In this document: positions 25,373 through 37,675 of the stretch, piece after piece
Position numbering within the stretch: the first letter of the stretch is position 1
How the letters are laid out: each line of letters begins with the position of its first letter
Source of the DNA: Felis catus
Lineage: Eukaryota
DNA length: 64,000 nucleotides
Reading direction: 5' to 3'
Assembly: GCF_018350175.1 (NCBI RefSeq)
Contig: NC_058373.1
Span: 104,472,001-104,536,000, forward strand
Program-made: the position numbers and the translations under genes
Notes under the pieces: generated by a model
Database searches by the model: none
Told to the model about the DNA's origin: nothing
What the model saw: only the letters and a program-made list of their open reading frames with translations

Positions 25373-26839
25373 TGGAGGGTGCCTGGGGACAGGTCCAACC
25401 CAAGGAGTTCAGAGCCCCAAACCAAGACTCCCACGCTCCACCCCCCTACACACGCATCTATTTTTATATGAATAAAATCTGTCTGGAAATGATCTCAAGG
25501 GGAGACCAGGATGGAAAAGAAAGAAAGAAATGCCAGATGGAAAGACCTAGCAGGCACATGTGGAGACTAGAGTAGATCTGTTGATGACATCTTGTTAAGG
25601 GGTTACGGATTCCTTGTGTGCATAAAATTGGAGAGCCATTCCACCTCATCTTTTTCCTCTGTATTCACAAATTCTTCTCCTGCCAGGAGGGGGATGAAAA
25701 GGATGAGCCCAGCTACGCATCCTCTGGTGCCTCCTCCAGGAAGCATGAAGGTTCTGGGTAGAAGATTCTGCACTGCACATGAATGTACAGCTACTGCATC
25801 AATGTCAACCAAAGGCAAGATGTAAACAAAAGGTTATCTTGAATCTTATCTAAATACGTAATATTGGCACGAATCAGTACGAGCTCACCTCCAGGGCCCC
25901 GATTTAGGGCACTCTGGAGCCCAATTTGAATTTGGAGAACTGCAGGTTGAGCAATGAAAGATTCAGTTTAACTGACATACTCCAGTCGGTCCTTGGCGGA
26001 TCTTGGAAAGTGTCCAAACGAGGCACAGTTTGGAAAGTTAACTGCATAGGGACCCAATTACAGCTAGGAAATATGTGGGTGTCAAAGTGAAGAGACACAA
26101 ATTCATTTCCTGAATCTGCTAAGGAAGTTTGGGGTCTGCTGAACCATTTACCACTGACCAATTTTCTCCCTATGTTCAAGGAAATTTAAAAATGAAAGAA
26201 AATTTTCAATTAATAATATAAAACGTAAAGGAGGGACAAGATCTGAAAGAAAGAGTTTCAACTTTCCAGTCTGACATTTACTTTTCAAATTTGAGTGAAA
26301 CTGATACCAGAGACAGAGAAGAAAACCCCCAACCAGTGGCTCATTTTCTTTGAGGAGAACCTTTTTTTTATTGATGCAATTTCTTTGGTTTTCATGAATT
26401 TAAGAACCGTAGCTAAACAAGACAGGTTCTTGAAGATGAGAACCTGGCAGGTTCCTCAAAGCTGAAAGAGCTGAATTCTCACCAATAGTTGTGCAATTAA
26501 AAAAGAAAGGTCTTTTTAAAAAGTTTACTAATTTCCATGGGATGATCATGTATCAGCCGTAAGCAACTGGTCATGAAAGGGTTTTTCACACAACAATGTT
26601 GACCAGCAAATTGGCTGAAATGATTTTATGAAAGAAATATAATGGTACAACAAAATTACCTTTCCATCTGTATTTCAAATAATATTCCAAAAAACCACAA
26701 AATATTAACAAGTTATTCATAATATGTAATTATTCTGTGAGCATTGCTATTTCTAGCCAATTAGTGCTCCAGAGAAACACATATTTACTGGTTTTACAAC
26801 TTAAAGCATCCTTCTTTCTGTCCATGGTGTCATGTTTTA

Positions 26840-27670
26840 CAATGTTTATTTATTTATTTATTTTGAGAGAGAGAGTGAGTGGGTGTGAGGGGGGGAGGGG
26901 CAGAGAGAGGCAGGGAGAAAATCTCAAATGGGATCCCACTGTCAGTACAGAGCCCAATGCGGGGCTTGATCTCACAAACCATGGCATCATGACCTGAGCC
27001 GAAATCGAGAGACACTTAACTGACTGAGTCACCCAGGTGCCCACATGGTATCATTTTTGATGTGAAAAATAGAAGTAGGAAATGTGATCATCTTAAATGT
27101 GATCATTCTTGGGGTCAAATGAAAATTATAATCCTGGGGCGCCTGGGTGGCGCAGTCGGTTAAGCGTCCGACTTCAGCCAGGTCACGATCTCGCGGTCCG
27201 GGAGTTCGAGCCCCGCGTCAGGCTCTGGGCTGATGGCTCAGAGCCTGGAGCCTGTTTCCGATTCTGTGTCTCCCTCTCTCTCTGCTCCTCCCCCGTTCAT
27301 GCTCTGTCTCTCTCTGTCCCAAAAATAAATGTTGAAAAAAAAAAAAAGAAAATTATAATCCAAAAACTGTCAATTTGTAAACCACTGAAGCCTCAGAATG
27401 AATCAAAAATACACATTTTAATCTGATGACTGAAAGCACCACTTTCAGGGGCACCTGGGTGGCTCAGTCGGTTAAGCCTCTGACTTTGGCTCAGGTCATA
27501 ATCTCATCATTCATGGGTTCGAGCCCCACGTCAGGCTCTGTGCTATCAGCTCAGAGCCTGTATCCTGCTTTGGATTCTGCGTCTCCCTCTCTCTCTGCCC
27601 CTCCCCTGCTCATACTCTGTGTGTCTGTCTCCCTCAAAAATAAATAAACATAAAACATTTTTTTAAAAAG
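26840..27670. mobile_element. Cluster of three CAN-SINEs (- 26840-27043, + 27135-27347 young, + 27447-27668)
   Basis: SINE consensus; TSDs gaaaattataatcc and gaaagca(c/a)cacttt. Confidence 0.9.
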
Positions 27671-28170
27671 AAAGCAACACTTTATAAACAAAAGAGAATA
27701 GTCTAAGCGGAGTGGCTTTTGCAGGCCATGCTTTGCTTACTTATGGACATAGGCAATAAAAACTACATTTATGTTGTCAGTATTCGAATTGCCCTCTTTT
27801 AATTTCTCAAATGACCCAATTACACATGTTCTCAATATGTCTCATGAAAAAAAGAATGGCTGATACTGTCAAAAGGCAAAATGCTGAATATGTTTTGGTT
27901 CTTCTCATATTCCATGACCTGATTATGGGCATCATTAAAATTACACCTTGGCATGACATTAAACACTTCCTAATGTTTCACAGTGAGGAGTGAAGCATTT
28001 CCTGTCATTTAAGAAGAAAAACATGTGACTTCTACCAGCATGCTTGACATTGTTTACCATTTTGCCATCTATGATATCTTATGTATATAAATGTATGTGT
28101 ATATTTATTAACAAGTGCTCATTGGCTATTTAACATTTTTTTTCTATTGGGTCTTATTACTTACAGAGGC

Positions 28171-29146
28171 TGTATTAGTTTCCTAAGGCTGCTGTAACAA
28201 ATTACCACAAACCTGGTGACTAAAAACAACAGAAATTTATTTTCTCACAGTTCTGGAGGCCAGAAGTTCACATTCCAGCACACCCATGCTCCCAGCGGCA
28301 GCTCTAGGAGAGAAAGCATCCCTTGGCTCTTCCAGGTTCTGGTAGCTTCCCTGGCTTTCTTGGGCTTGTGGCCACAGCACTCCAATCTCTGTCTGGTCAC
28401 ATTGCCTTTTCCTCTTCTGTGTGTCTCTCCTGTGTGTTTGTCTTTTATAAGGATATCTGTTACTGGAATTAGGGCCACCTAAATACTCTTTCTAAATCCT
28501 TATGTTAGTTGTGCCTGCAAAGTGTTTTCAACAATAGCCAAATTATGGAAAGAACCCAAATGTCCATCAACTAATGGATAAAGAAGACATGGTTTATACA
28601 TACAATAGAATACCACTTGGCAATGAGAAAGAATGAAATCACGCCATTTCATGATTCCATGGAACTGGAAGGTATTATGCTAAGTAAAATAAGTCAGAGA
28701 AAGATAGATATCATATGTTTTCACTCAAATGTGGATCTTGAGACTCTTAACAGAAGACCATGGGGGAAGGGAAAGGGAAAAAATAGTTACAAAGAGAGGA
28801 AGGGAGGCAAACCATAAGAGACTCATAAATACAGAGAACAAACTGAGGGCAGATAGGGGCAGGGAGAGGGGCAAATGGGTGATGGGCACTGAGGAGGGCA
28901 CTTGTTGGGATGAGCATTGGGTGGTGTATGTAAGTAATGAACCATGGGAATCTACCCCAAAATTCAGGAGCACCCTTTACACACTATATGTTAGCCAACT
29001 TGACAATAAATCATATTCAAAAAAAGAAAAATAATACAAAATGAAAAAGAAAAAATAATAATTACGCTTTCAAATAAGGTCACATTCATAAGGACTGGGG
29101 ATGAAGGTGTGGGCACCTTATTGAGGACCATCATTGAACCCACTAT
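28171..29146 (-). mobile_element. MaLR MLT1 LTR interrupted by a carnivore L1 3' end (+, about 28530-29060)
   Basis: tgtattagtttcctaaggctgctgtaacaaattaccacaa start; L1 segment with A-rich tail; LTR resumes at caaataaggtcacattc. Confidence 0.85.
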
Positions 29147-29157
29147 AGATGCCAATT

Positions 29158-29323
29158 TATTTTTTTTATTTGAGAGAGAGAGAGAGGGAGGGAGAGAGAG
29201 AATCTTAAGCAGACTCCACGCTTAGTGCAGAGCCTAATGTGGGGCTTGATTCATGGGCTGATCATGACCTGAGCCAAAATCAAGAGTTGGATACTCAACC
29301 GACTGGGCCACTCAGGTGTCCCT
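29158..29323 (-). mobile_element. CAN-SINE (short subtype)
   Basis: TSD ctatagatgccaattt. Confidence 0.85.
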
Positions 29324-29768
29324 ATAGATGCCAATTTTAAAATGGCAATGGTTTGTTGACTCTTGGCAGATTTCCTAAATCTTTGGTTTAAATATAAGTT
29401 ACACAGCTGAGTTTTTTAACTCTCAAACACAGAACCTCTTTTGATAGGACATCTTGCATCAGTTAAGTTCCATGGTTAAATGCATTAATTCACTCTAAAA
29501 CAACTGATTTTCTCACTGGTAAATCTGATAGTGAATGTATTGATTCCCTTTGAGTATTCAGATGTCATTGAAAAGGCAAAAAAAGACCCTATATCTCCTC
29601 TCTTTCCCCTTCTTCTGACAAGGCCTTCCAAACTCTCATGGATAATCCATGATGCTAGCAAATAGAAGAGAGACAGTCCTCGTAAACATGAATTTATTTA
29701 CTATATCCTCAAATATCTACTGAGCTCCATTTTGTCCCCTGCATTATTCTAGGTATTCGAGATAGAGG

Positions 29769-29947
29769 CAGAGCTGGCTTCATGGGCATATGGCCTGTGC
29801 AGATGCATAGGGCTTCATGATTAGAAGGGCCTTGCCCTTGGTTTCATGCTCTGTTGTTGCTGTCTTGAAATTATTGATAATGTTTTAAAGAGTGATCCCT
29901 GTGTTTTCATTCCACGCTAGGTCCCACGAATTATATAGCCCATCCTG
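29769..29947. mobile_element. MER91-like hAT DNA element; a second copy, split by SINEs, spans about 43614-44600
   Basis: cagagctggcttcatgggc...aattatatagcccatcctg termini shared with cagggttggcttcatgggc...aattacatagctaaccctg. Confidence 0.65.
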
Positions 29948-30154
29948 AATGGGGCAGCAAGCAGTGCAGGGAAGGTCCCCGCTCTCCAGGATTTGTCAGA
30001 GTACCTGATGGTAGGCAGCCAGCACGGGTGCTCGATGTGCAAAAACACGATGCTAAGCTTTCTGGATGTCAAATCTAAGATTGGCTGGGGGAGAGTGTCG
30101 TACCATATCTGGGTATACTCTAATGCATCCTGGACTGATTCAGAGTTTATCTTC

Positions 30155-30346
30155 TTCTTTTATTTATTTTTTATTATTTTGGGAGAGCACAGGTGGGGGA
30201 GGGGCAGAGAGAGGGGTACAGAGGATCTGAAGTAGGCTCTGTGCTGATAGGCTGACAGCAGTTGAGTCCTATGTGGGGCTCAAACTCATGGACCGTGAGA
30301 TCATGACCTGAGCCGAAGTCAACCTACAGAGCCACCCGGTTGCCCC
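30155..30346 (-). mobile_element. CAN-SINE
   Basis: Antisense SINE consensus. Confidence 0.82.
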
Positions 30347-31420
30347 TCTCATTTTGTCTTCTGTAGCTTTCTACTTCTCGTTCATGTCAAGCTTCCATTC
30401 TGAATTTCTGAGTAGCAATCTCCCAAGACATAATCAGAATTTGCTGACTATTAAAAAGAAGTTTTATGGGTTAATGGCTGTCATCAACTCTCTTTCTAAT
30501 ATTAATTTCAGCAATTAGGGGGACAAGGACCCTGGGATCATTGCAGTAAGAACAATATTTTGATAGCAAAATATGTTTCACATCCAGTCTTGGACATCTC
30601 TTTCAGAGAAGAATTGTGTGATGTTTATCTTCTGGGAAAAGGCTTTTCATTTCATTTCTACTCTTTCTAAAGAATTATTTTCTCAATATTTTCGTCATGG
30701 TGGCATTCCAGATACATGAATGAGATCTGGCTCCTGAAACCTCCATGACTTTCCATCAATCTAACAACAAGCATGCAAGATAAAATCTTTTAAGAAGTCC
30801 ATATCACTTCTGAAAGGAATAAACTCAGAACTGAAGTGGTCGGTGGAAGTTTAATACAGTTCAATTGAGGATCTGTATCCCAAAGTACAAGTTGGTGCTT
30901 TTCGTTCCATTTCTGGATTAGTCACGCTAGATATATAGCCACTTTTAACAGCATTGTGCCATTACCAGTGACTTTAATTACTGTTTGGTAACCTTATCTA
31001 CTTACACCAATGTTAATTAAATCCATCTCGGGCTGGGGGGAGGGAAAGCATGAGGGAATTGTCCCAACGTATGGTGACTGAAAAAAAAAAAATCATAATC
31101 TTTGTTGTGACTAATTTTCCCAGACCCCTTCACCCTGAGGATAGAAGGAGTTGGTCACACCATTAATTCTAAAAAAAAGAACTTATCTTCTCTGTTTTAG
31201 TGCCTCCTGTCGAAATCAGCCGACTGCCCAAGGGAGACCATCTCTGTCTTTTCATGATATTGTAACTGCCTGGGTGTTCTAATGCATCTTCAAATTCTAA
31301 TTTGTACTCAGAACCAATGGGGAAAGTTTTACAGAAATTTCATGAAACAAAGCAGCACTCCTGATGCCAAGGATCTACAATTACGGGTGGCCTCACACAT
31401 TGAATCAAGTGTGCCATTAC

Positions 31421-31640
31421 CCTCACTCCCATGAACCTGTCTTTCAGCACGATCCACGACAGCAAGAAGACAAAGGCTTTGTTACAACAGAACAGAGCAG
31501 AGACATCCGTGGCTGTCAACTTCTTTAAAGCCAGTAAATACAGGTAATTAGTCAAAGTCCATAGAATAGAAAAGGGAGCAGTTCTTTTAAGGAAGAGCTT
31601 CAATGTCAGACCATCTTCACCAAAAATCCGACTGCATTCC
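31421..31640 (-). CDS. SLC35F4: SLC35F4 coding exon 4, 220 nt
   Basis: Acceptor tctttcctag, donor gtaatg. Encodes ECSRIFGEDGLTLKLFLKRTAPFSILWTLTNYLYLLALKKLTATDVSALFCCNKAFVFLLSWIVLKDRFMGVR (EamA/DMT-like transporter segment). Phase 2-0. Confidence 0.96.
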
Positions 31641-32349
31641 CTAGGAAAGAAAAAAAGGTTGTCAGGTATTAATTGTGACATACTTTGTGTTGTCTAACTC
31701 TTGACGGTCATTTTCTGGCAAGAGCACAAACGCCAATGCCCATCACGCATCTGTGGAACTTACTGAACCCAGGCCTCCCGTCTCTGGGCCACTACAGGGG
31801 GAGAGGTTTCCATGGAAAAGAGCCCATGTCTCTCCAGGCGCACAGCGAAGGCCCTTTCCTATCTAGATATTCTCTCGAGATGGCTGGGACAGCCATTCTG
31901 CTGCTGAACATTCTCAGAGAAGCCTGGAGAAACAGGGAAATGAGGCATTTTCAGAGTTACTGTTAGAAGAGAGAGAAGGTTCTTTCCCAATGGGCAAATG
32001 CAATAGGACCAGGAGGGTCGCTACTGTGTGAACAGGTATAGACAACTTGCAGCTTCACATATGGTGGAGAGCCACACACAGTTTGGAATTTTATTTTTCC
32101 TAAAAGACTATGCCTCTTCCTTATGTTTCTGCCCAGTTGAATAATTTGTTTTTCCTCTAGCATTTTTAAGACAGGAAAAAAAAAAATGAAGGAAGGTTCT
32201 GTGATGACCTCCAAATGGTAAAATAAATAAATAATCAAATGCAAGTTGTATTTATATACACACAATTGGCTGTTTTGGAGGAATTACATGAATTTAATTG
32301 TATAAAAATAATCAGTTCCGTTAAATCTTTGATTTGATTTCTATTTGCT

Positions 32350-35300
32350 TATTTCTTTTATATTTATTTTTGAGAAAGAGACAGAGAGACATAGCGTGAG
32401 TGGGGCAGGGGCAGAGAGAGAGAGGGAGGGAGGGAGACACAGAATCCCAAGCATGCTTTAGGTTCTGAGCCGTCAGTACAGAGCCCAACACAGGGCTCAA
32501 ACCCACGAACCGTGAGATCATTACCTGAGCCAAAGTCAGACGCTTAACCGACTGAGCCACCCAGGCACCCCTATTTGATGATTAAACCAAGGTGCCATTT
32601 CAATCAAAGCGTTCAAACTAGTGATACAGACAAGCAATGATATGATAGAAAAACTTTATTTGACTATGGACTGAAAATAGGCTCGCCATTGGGATAACTC
32701 AGATTTATTTGTTTTTTTTTTTTAATTTTTTTCAATGTTTTTTATTTATTTTTGGGACAGAGAGAGACAGAGCATGAACGGGGGAGGGGCAGAGAGAGAG
32801 GGAGACACAGAATCGGAAACAGGCTCCAGGCTCCGAGCCATCAGCCCAGAGCCCGACGTGGGGCTCGAACTCCCGGACCGCGAGATCGTGACCTGGCTGA
32901 AGTCGGACGCCTAACCGACTGCGCCACCCAGGCGCCCCTCAGATTTATTTTTTTTTATTCAGTTCATGAACATCCAAGCATTTACTGGGCAATTATGTTC
33001 CAGGAAGTGTTTTCAAGAGTAGCATAAATATCTTGTTTAAGCAACAAGTTCCTAATGTTTGCATGGTTATAATGAAATTACGCGGTTCTAGTTGGTTATT
33101 AGCATTAGTTTTTCTTCTAAGTTTTTCTGAAGAGAAACAGTTGTGCCTCAAAGTATTGCAAACCAAAGTAATCTCTAGCCAATGTCTGCCTCACACGCAT
33201 GAAGCAACTTACTCCACAGGAGGGCCACATGGAGGGAGGGAGTGACAAAGTGATGAGGCTCTAAGCATTGGAGTATGGCCTTCAATGTCAAGTCTCATGG
33301 CAAACGCTGCTTCCCAGCAGCTGAGAATTCTGGGAATTGTAGGCCAGCAAATCCAGGGGGGTTAAAAATGCATATTGCACATATAGAAACTTGTGTAATA
33401 GTTTTACTGTTTATGTGGGAGACAACGAAAAAGGAAGGATTGTTTTTAAATAAAAATGTGATTTAAGCATGGGACCCTTGATTTCGGCTGAGGTCATGAT
33501 CTCACGGTTTTGTTCGTGGATTTGAGCCCCGAGACAGGCTCTGGGCTGACAGCAAGGAGCCTGCTTGGGATTCTCCCTCTCTCCCTCTTTCTGTGCTCTT
33601 CCCTCACTTGCCCTCTCTCCCAAGATAAATAAACTTTTAAAAAAATGTGATTTCCTGAAGGTCAATTTTAACTTGAAAGAGACAAAACTTCAAGGAAGGG
33701 ATGAAATAACCTAAAAACAAATTCTTTTGTAAACAGAAATCGCACACGCTCACACACACAGGGAAATGGACAGCATCTCTCAAGCCCTGCAGCCAAGGAG
33801 ATACAGTGAATCAGAGCCACACACAGACCAAGCAGCAGTTGGCCCGGGACATCCTGGCATTTTCTGCATTCTCTTCGTTTTCTGCATTCTGGTCGTGCTC
33901 CCAAAGGGATCTGCCCTGTGAGAAAGTCTGCCAGAGAGAGCTGGCGTTCAGAGTCATGGGCTCATCCTGATATCTATAACTACTAAATGGCTTTTTATGT
34001 ATTTAAAAAACTTTTAAATATTCCTTTATATGTATATTGCCAGCACGGGGGGGGGGGGGGGAGGGGAGGGGAGGGGAGGGGCAGAGACAGGATCTGAAGC
34101 AGGCTTGCGCAGACAGCAGAGAACCCAGTGCTGTCACAAGTACCCCTGAGATCATGACCTAAGTCGAAGTGGGTCGCTCAACCCACGGAGCCACCCAGGC
34201 GCCCCCCAAATGGCTTTTTAAATACACATTTATGAAGAACCACAACAAACCCATTTCTGATGAAAGGATTTCTTTTCATATCATTGGCCCTGGCCAGTGA
34301 TGGTTCTTCCTTCCCAGAGCCCACCGTCATGCTGGGTTCAGGGCTCTCAAGCAAAGACTTTGAATCCAGGAGAGCACACATTCTGAACCCACGGGGAGGC
34401 ACAGGGACAGGGAGAGCCCCTCCCCCAAGGGGGTGGAGATTGTTCCTTTCACCTGGCTCATCCTGTCCCCCTCCCTGGTGTTGGCTTCCTTAGTGTTCCC
34501 CTCTTTCTCCCTCCTCTCACTGCCAACCTTCTTCTCCCTGTTTGTCACTGCTATAGCAGGAATTAAAAATGCTCTCCGCTCAAAGGCCAGGTCACCTGTG
34601 TAGAACTTTATGCTATTTAAGCATTATGTACTAAGAAATGGGAAAATTCAAAAAAAGAAAGGATTTCTTTCTATCAATAAGCAAGTAACTGGTCTCTCCT
34701 TGGAATGATGAGATCAGAATTTCTAGACAAGAGGCACTGATGGGTGGTAAAGCTTAGACTGAAGCTTAGAAGCTGGGGGACACTAATAATTTAATTATGT
34801 TCAACATTGTTATAGCACTCAGTAGTTACTGAACCCCTTCTGTATGTCAGATGACATCTTAAGCACATTTCATAGGTGTATGACATAGACAAATATATCT
34901 TTAGCTCTAGCTTCATGCTTTCTAGAGACTTTTTCCTTTAAGGAAACACCCCTGTCAAAACTATGGCTTATAAATTTTTTCTTATTAAATTTAAAATTCA
35001 TGTGATACAATTAAATTCTCTTCATGGTTTGTATGAAATGATTGTAATATCCAAAACAATTTCCAAATGCACAATTCCCACGATCTAGATCTGATACATT
35101 TTTTTTTTTTTTCAACGTGTATTTATTTTTGGGACAGAGACAGAGCATGAACGGGGGAGGGGCAGAGAGAGAGGGAGACACAGAATCGGAAACAGGCTCC
35201 AGGCTCTGAGCCATCAGCCCAGAGCCCGACGCGGGGCTCAAACTCACGGACCGCGAGATCGTGACCTGGCTGAAGTCGGACTCTTAACCGACTGCGCCAC

Positions 35301-36260
35301 CCAGGCGCCCCAGGATCTGATACATTATTGAAAATTCTTTTGAGGTTAGTGATAAGAAAACCACTGAAAATGCTTTCATACCATTCAAAGAAAATGAGAA
35401 AATAGAGGGTCTGGCGCAACGGGACAAATTCTGTTTCCAGTCTCATACACTAAGTCTGTTTTCCCCGTGTTCTGCCACAAGAGCTTCGGGGAGGGCCTCT
35501 TTGGCAGATGGTGTTAATGAGTCTACAAGGCAAAAAGATCAAGGATCTTAGGATTTTCTGGCAATGTTTACCTCTCATACGGAGGGGCCCTCTGGAGAAT
35601 ATTTTCTTCAAAGACAATGTTTTCTGCTTGACAATAAAAGCTCTTTGATTCGGCTTCAGAAATGGTCAAGTTCACTCTACCTGCACTAACAGGTGGAGGT
35701 GTCTCGTCAAATCACAGGTCTCACTAAATGTAGAGTTAGTCAGACATGAGAGATGTAGTGGAGATGAAACTCATTCCCAAAACAACATTTCTGTCAGCAG
35801 CGGCCTCTTGGTGTAAATGTGTTATCTTAAATAAAACCCACTTGGCTTGCTTTGAGGCGTTCTGAGGTACTACATCCCATACTAAACTTTTGTTGTTTTT
35901 ATCAGTATGTGTGTCCAAACCCTAGGAGCGCCGGAGTAAAACATACATGCTACGGGTAAACTATTTTCAGACAGGGAGAATTTTAGTCTGATCATCATGT
36001 CCCCTGCAATCGCTTATTAAATATTGTTATTAAAAAGAACTTATGCCCCAGGGCGCCTGGGTGGCTCAGTCGGTTGAGCAGCCAATTTCGGCTCAGGTCA
36101 TGATCTCACGGTTTGTGAGTTCGAGTCCCGTATGGGACTCTGTTGCTGGCAGCTCAGAGTCTGGAGCCTGATTGCAATTTTGTATCTCCCTCTCTGCCCC
36201 TCTCTGGCTCGCCACCTTTCTCTCTCTCTCTCAATAAATAAACATTTTAAACAAACAAAC
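32350..36260. mobile_element. Six CAN-SINEs in SLC35F4 intron 3 (- 32350-32571, - 32712-32938 young, + 33470-33640, - 33995-34207, - 35100-35311 young, + 36051-36260)
   Basis: SINE consensus with TSDs such as ctcagatttattt, aaaaatgtgattt, aaatggcttttta and gatctgatacatt. Confidence 0.88.
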
Positions 36261-37377
36261 AAAAAAGACCTTATTCCCCAAGATCATGTCTATTTTGATG
36301 GGAATCAAATACAAAGTATCTTTAGCAGTCACAAATAGGTATAAGACTTATTTCTTTCCTTCAAACCAGAAAACATTTATTTTTTTATAAATTGGTTTTG
36401 TTTAATTTTAATTGAATTATCATGGATACCATGGAAAATCAGCTCACAGTGTGACTCTACTATTTCAGGGCACTTCCAAGCTGGTGACAGAAAATGGAAG
36501 TTGAAGGTACACGCTTTGCAGTTTGTCTGATAAATTCACTTCTTTTCAGTAAGTACGGGGGCAAGAAAGAAATGTTATTTCGGCTTCTGCAAAATGTATT
36601 TATTGCCATTCTACCAAGGAACAATAAGCTGGTGTGGACAACTGTCCCTCTCCCATTGGGTGCTGTGCAGGGCTGGTCCTGCCAGCTTCCTGAGCTTTCC
36701 AAGATGGTGCTGCAGAAGCCAAGTTCAGCACAGAGAAACTACTGGAACCATGGCACTACCAGGTTCTGAGCCGGTGAACCAACAGTGAAGGCCCCATGTG
36801 CTCCTAGCCAGCAAAGAATGACATCTTCTAAACCATCAGGGCCAACTTCCTTTTGCATGAAACCAGGTCTCTTTATCTGCTTAGGCACCACAGCTTCCAG
36901 AATATTGAGCAAATGTTTTTACCACAATCTTATGAATACAGTTTTTTTTGGGGGGGGGCCTGAGACACTAGGGTGTTCTTTTAAAACATGACTTTCAGAG
37001 ATAATTCTGGATTGAAATCTGGGTTATTTGGAAGTATTGACCTTGGACAGGTCATGTAATCGTTCTAAACCTGTTTCCTCTTGTGTTAAAATGGGAATAA
37101 TACCACCACCCTCAAAGGTAGATGTTACCACCAATGATGATTAAGATCTACAAAAGCACCAGCACAGCACCTGTCACGTAGTAGACATTCAATAATTTTT
37201 TTGGTGGGGGGCCCAGATTCTTCTTCCTAGTGCTCATGTATTCATTACCAACCCTAGATCCGAGCTCTCCACACTCCCCAAGTCAACTCAGTTCATATTC
37301 CAAAGAGATAAAGTTATGGATATTTTCATAAAGTTATTTTAAAACATCTCGTGTTGGCCATTTAACATGAAACCTAC

Positions 37378-37675
37378 CTGAATTTTTTCATTGGAGACTG
37401 CTTTTCTTGAGCAGTGGCCAGATGACCAGAATAGTAGACTGGGAAAAACATAATGTTCCAGTTTGTTGAAAACCAAGTCATGAAAAACGGACAGTAGAAG
37501 TTCTTGTAAGTAATTTTTACAATCTGTGTGGTTCCAACCCAAGACGATGAGACTGACAAGATGATCAAAAGTCCCCAGACGGCCTTCAGGACCATGGACG
37601 TGCATGACCGGCAGCGAGCCTTGATTCTGTTTTCTTGGCTGCTGTTCTCAGGATGAGTCTGTGTTCCATCATCCC
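37378..37675 (-). CDS. SLC35F4: SLC35F4 coding exon 3, 298 nt
   Basis: Acceptor ctgttttcag, donor gtaggt. Encodes GDDGTQTHPENSSQENRIKARCRSCTSMVLKAVWGLLIILSVSSSWVGTTQIVKITYKNFYCPFFMTWFSTNWNIMFFPVYYSGHLATAQEKQSPMKKFR. Phase 1-2. Confidence 0.96.

Noticed and set aside
37585..37605. RE1/REST-like word ttcaggaccatggacgtgc in exon 3; half-sites also at about 14641 and 31443
   Set aside because: The GGACAG core or spacing does not match, and the words are explained by coding constraint.
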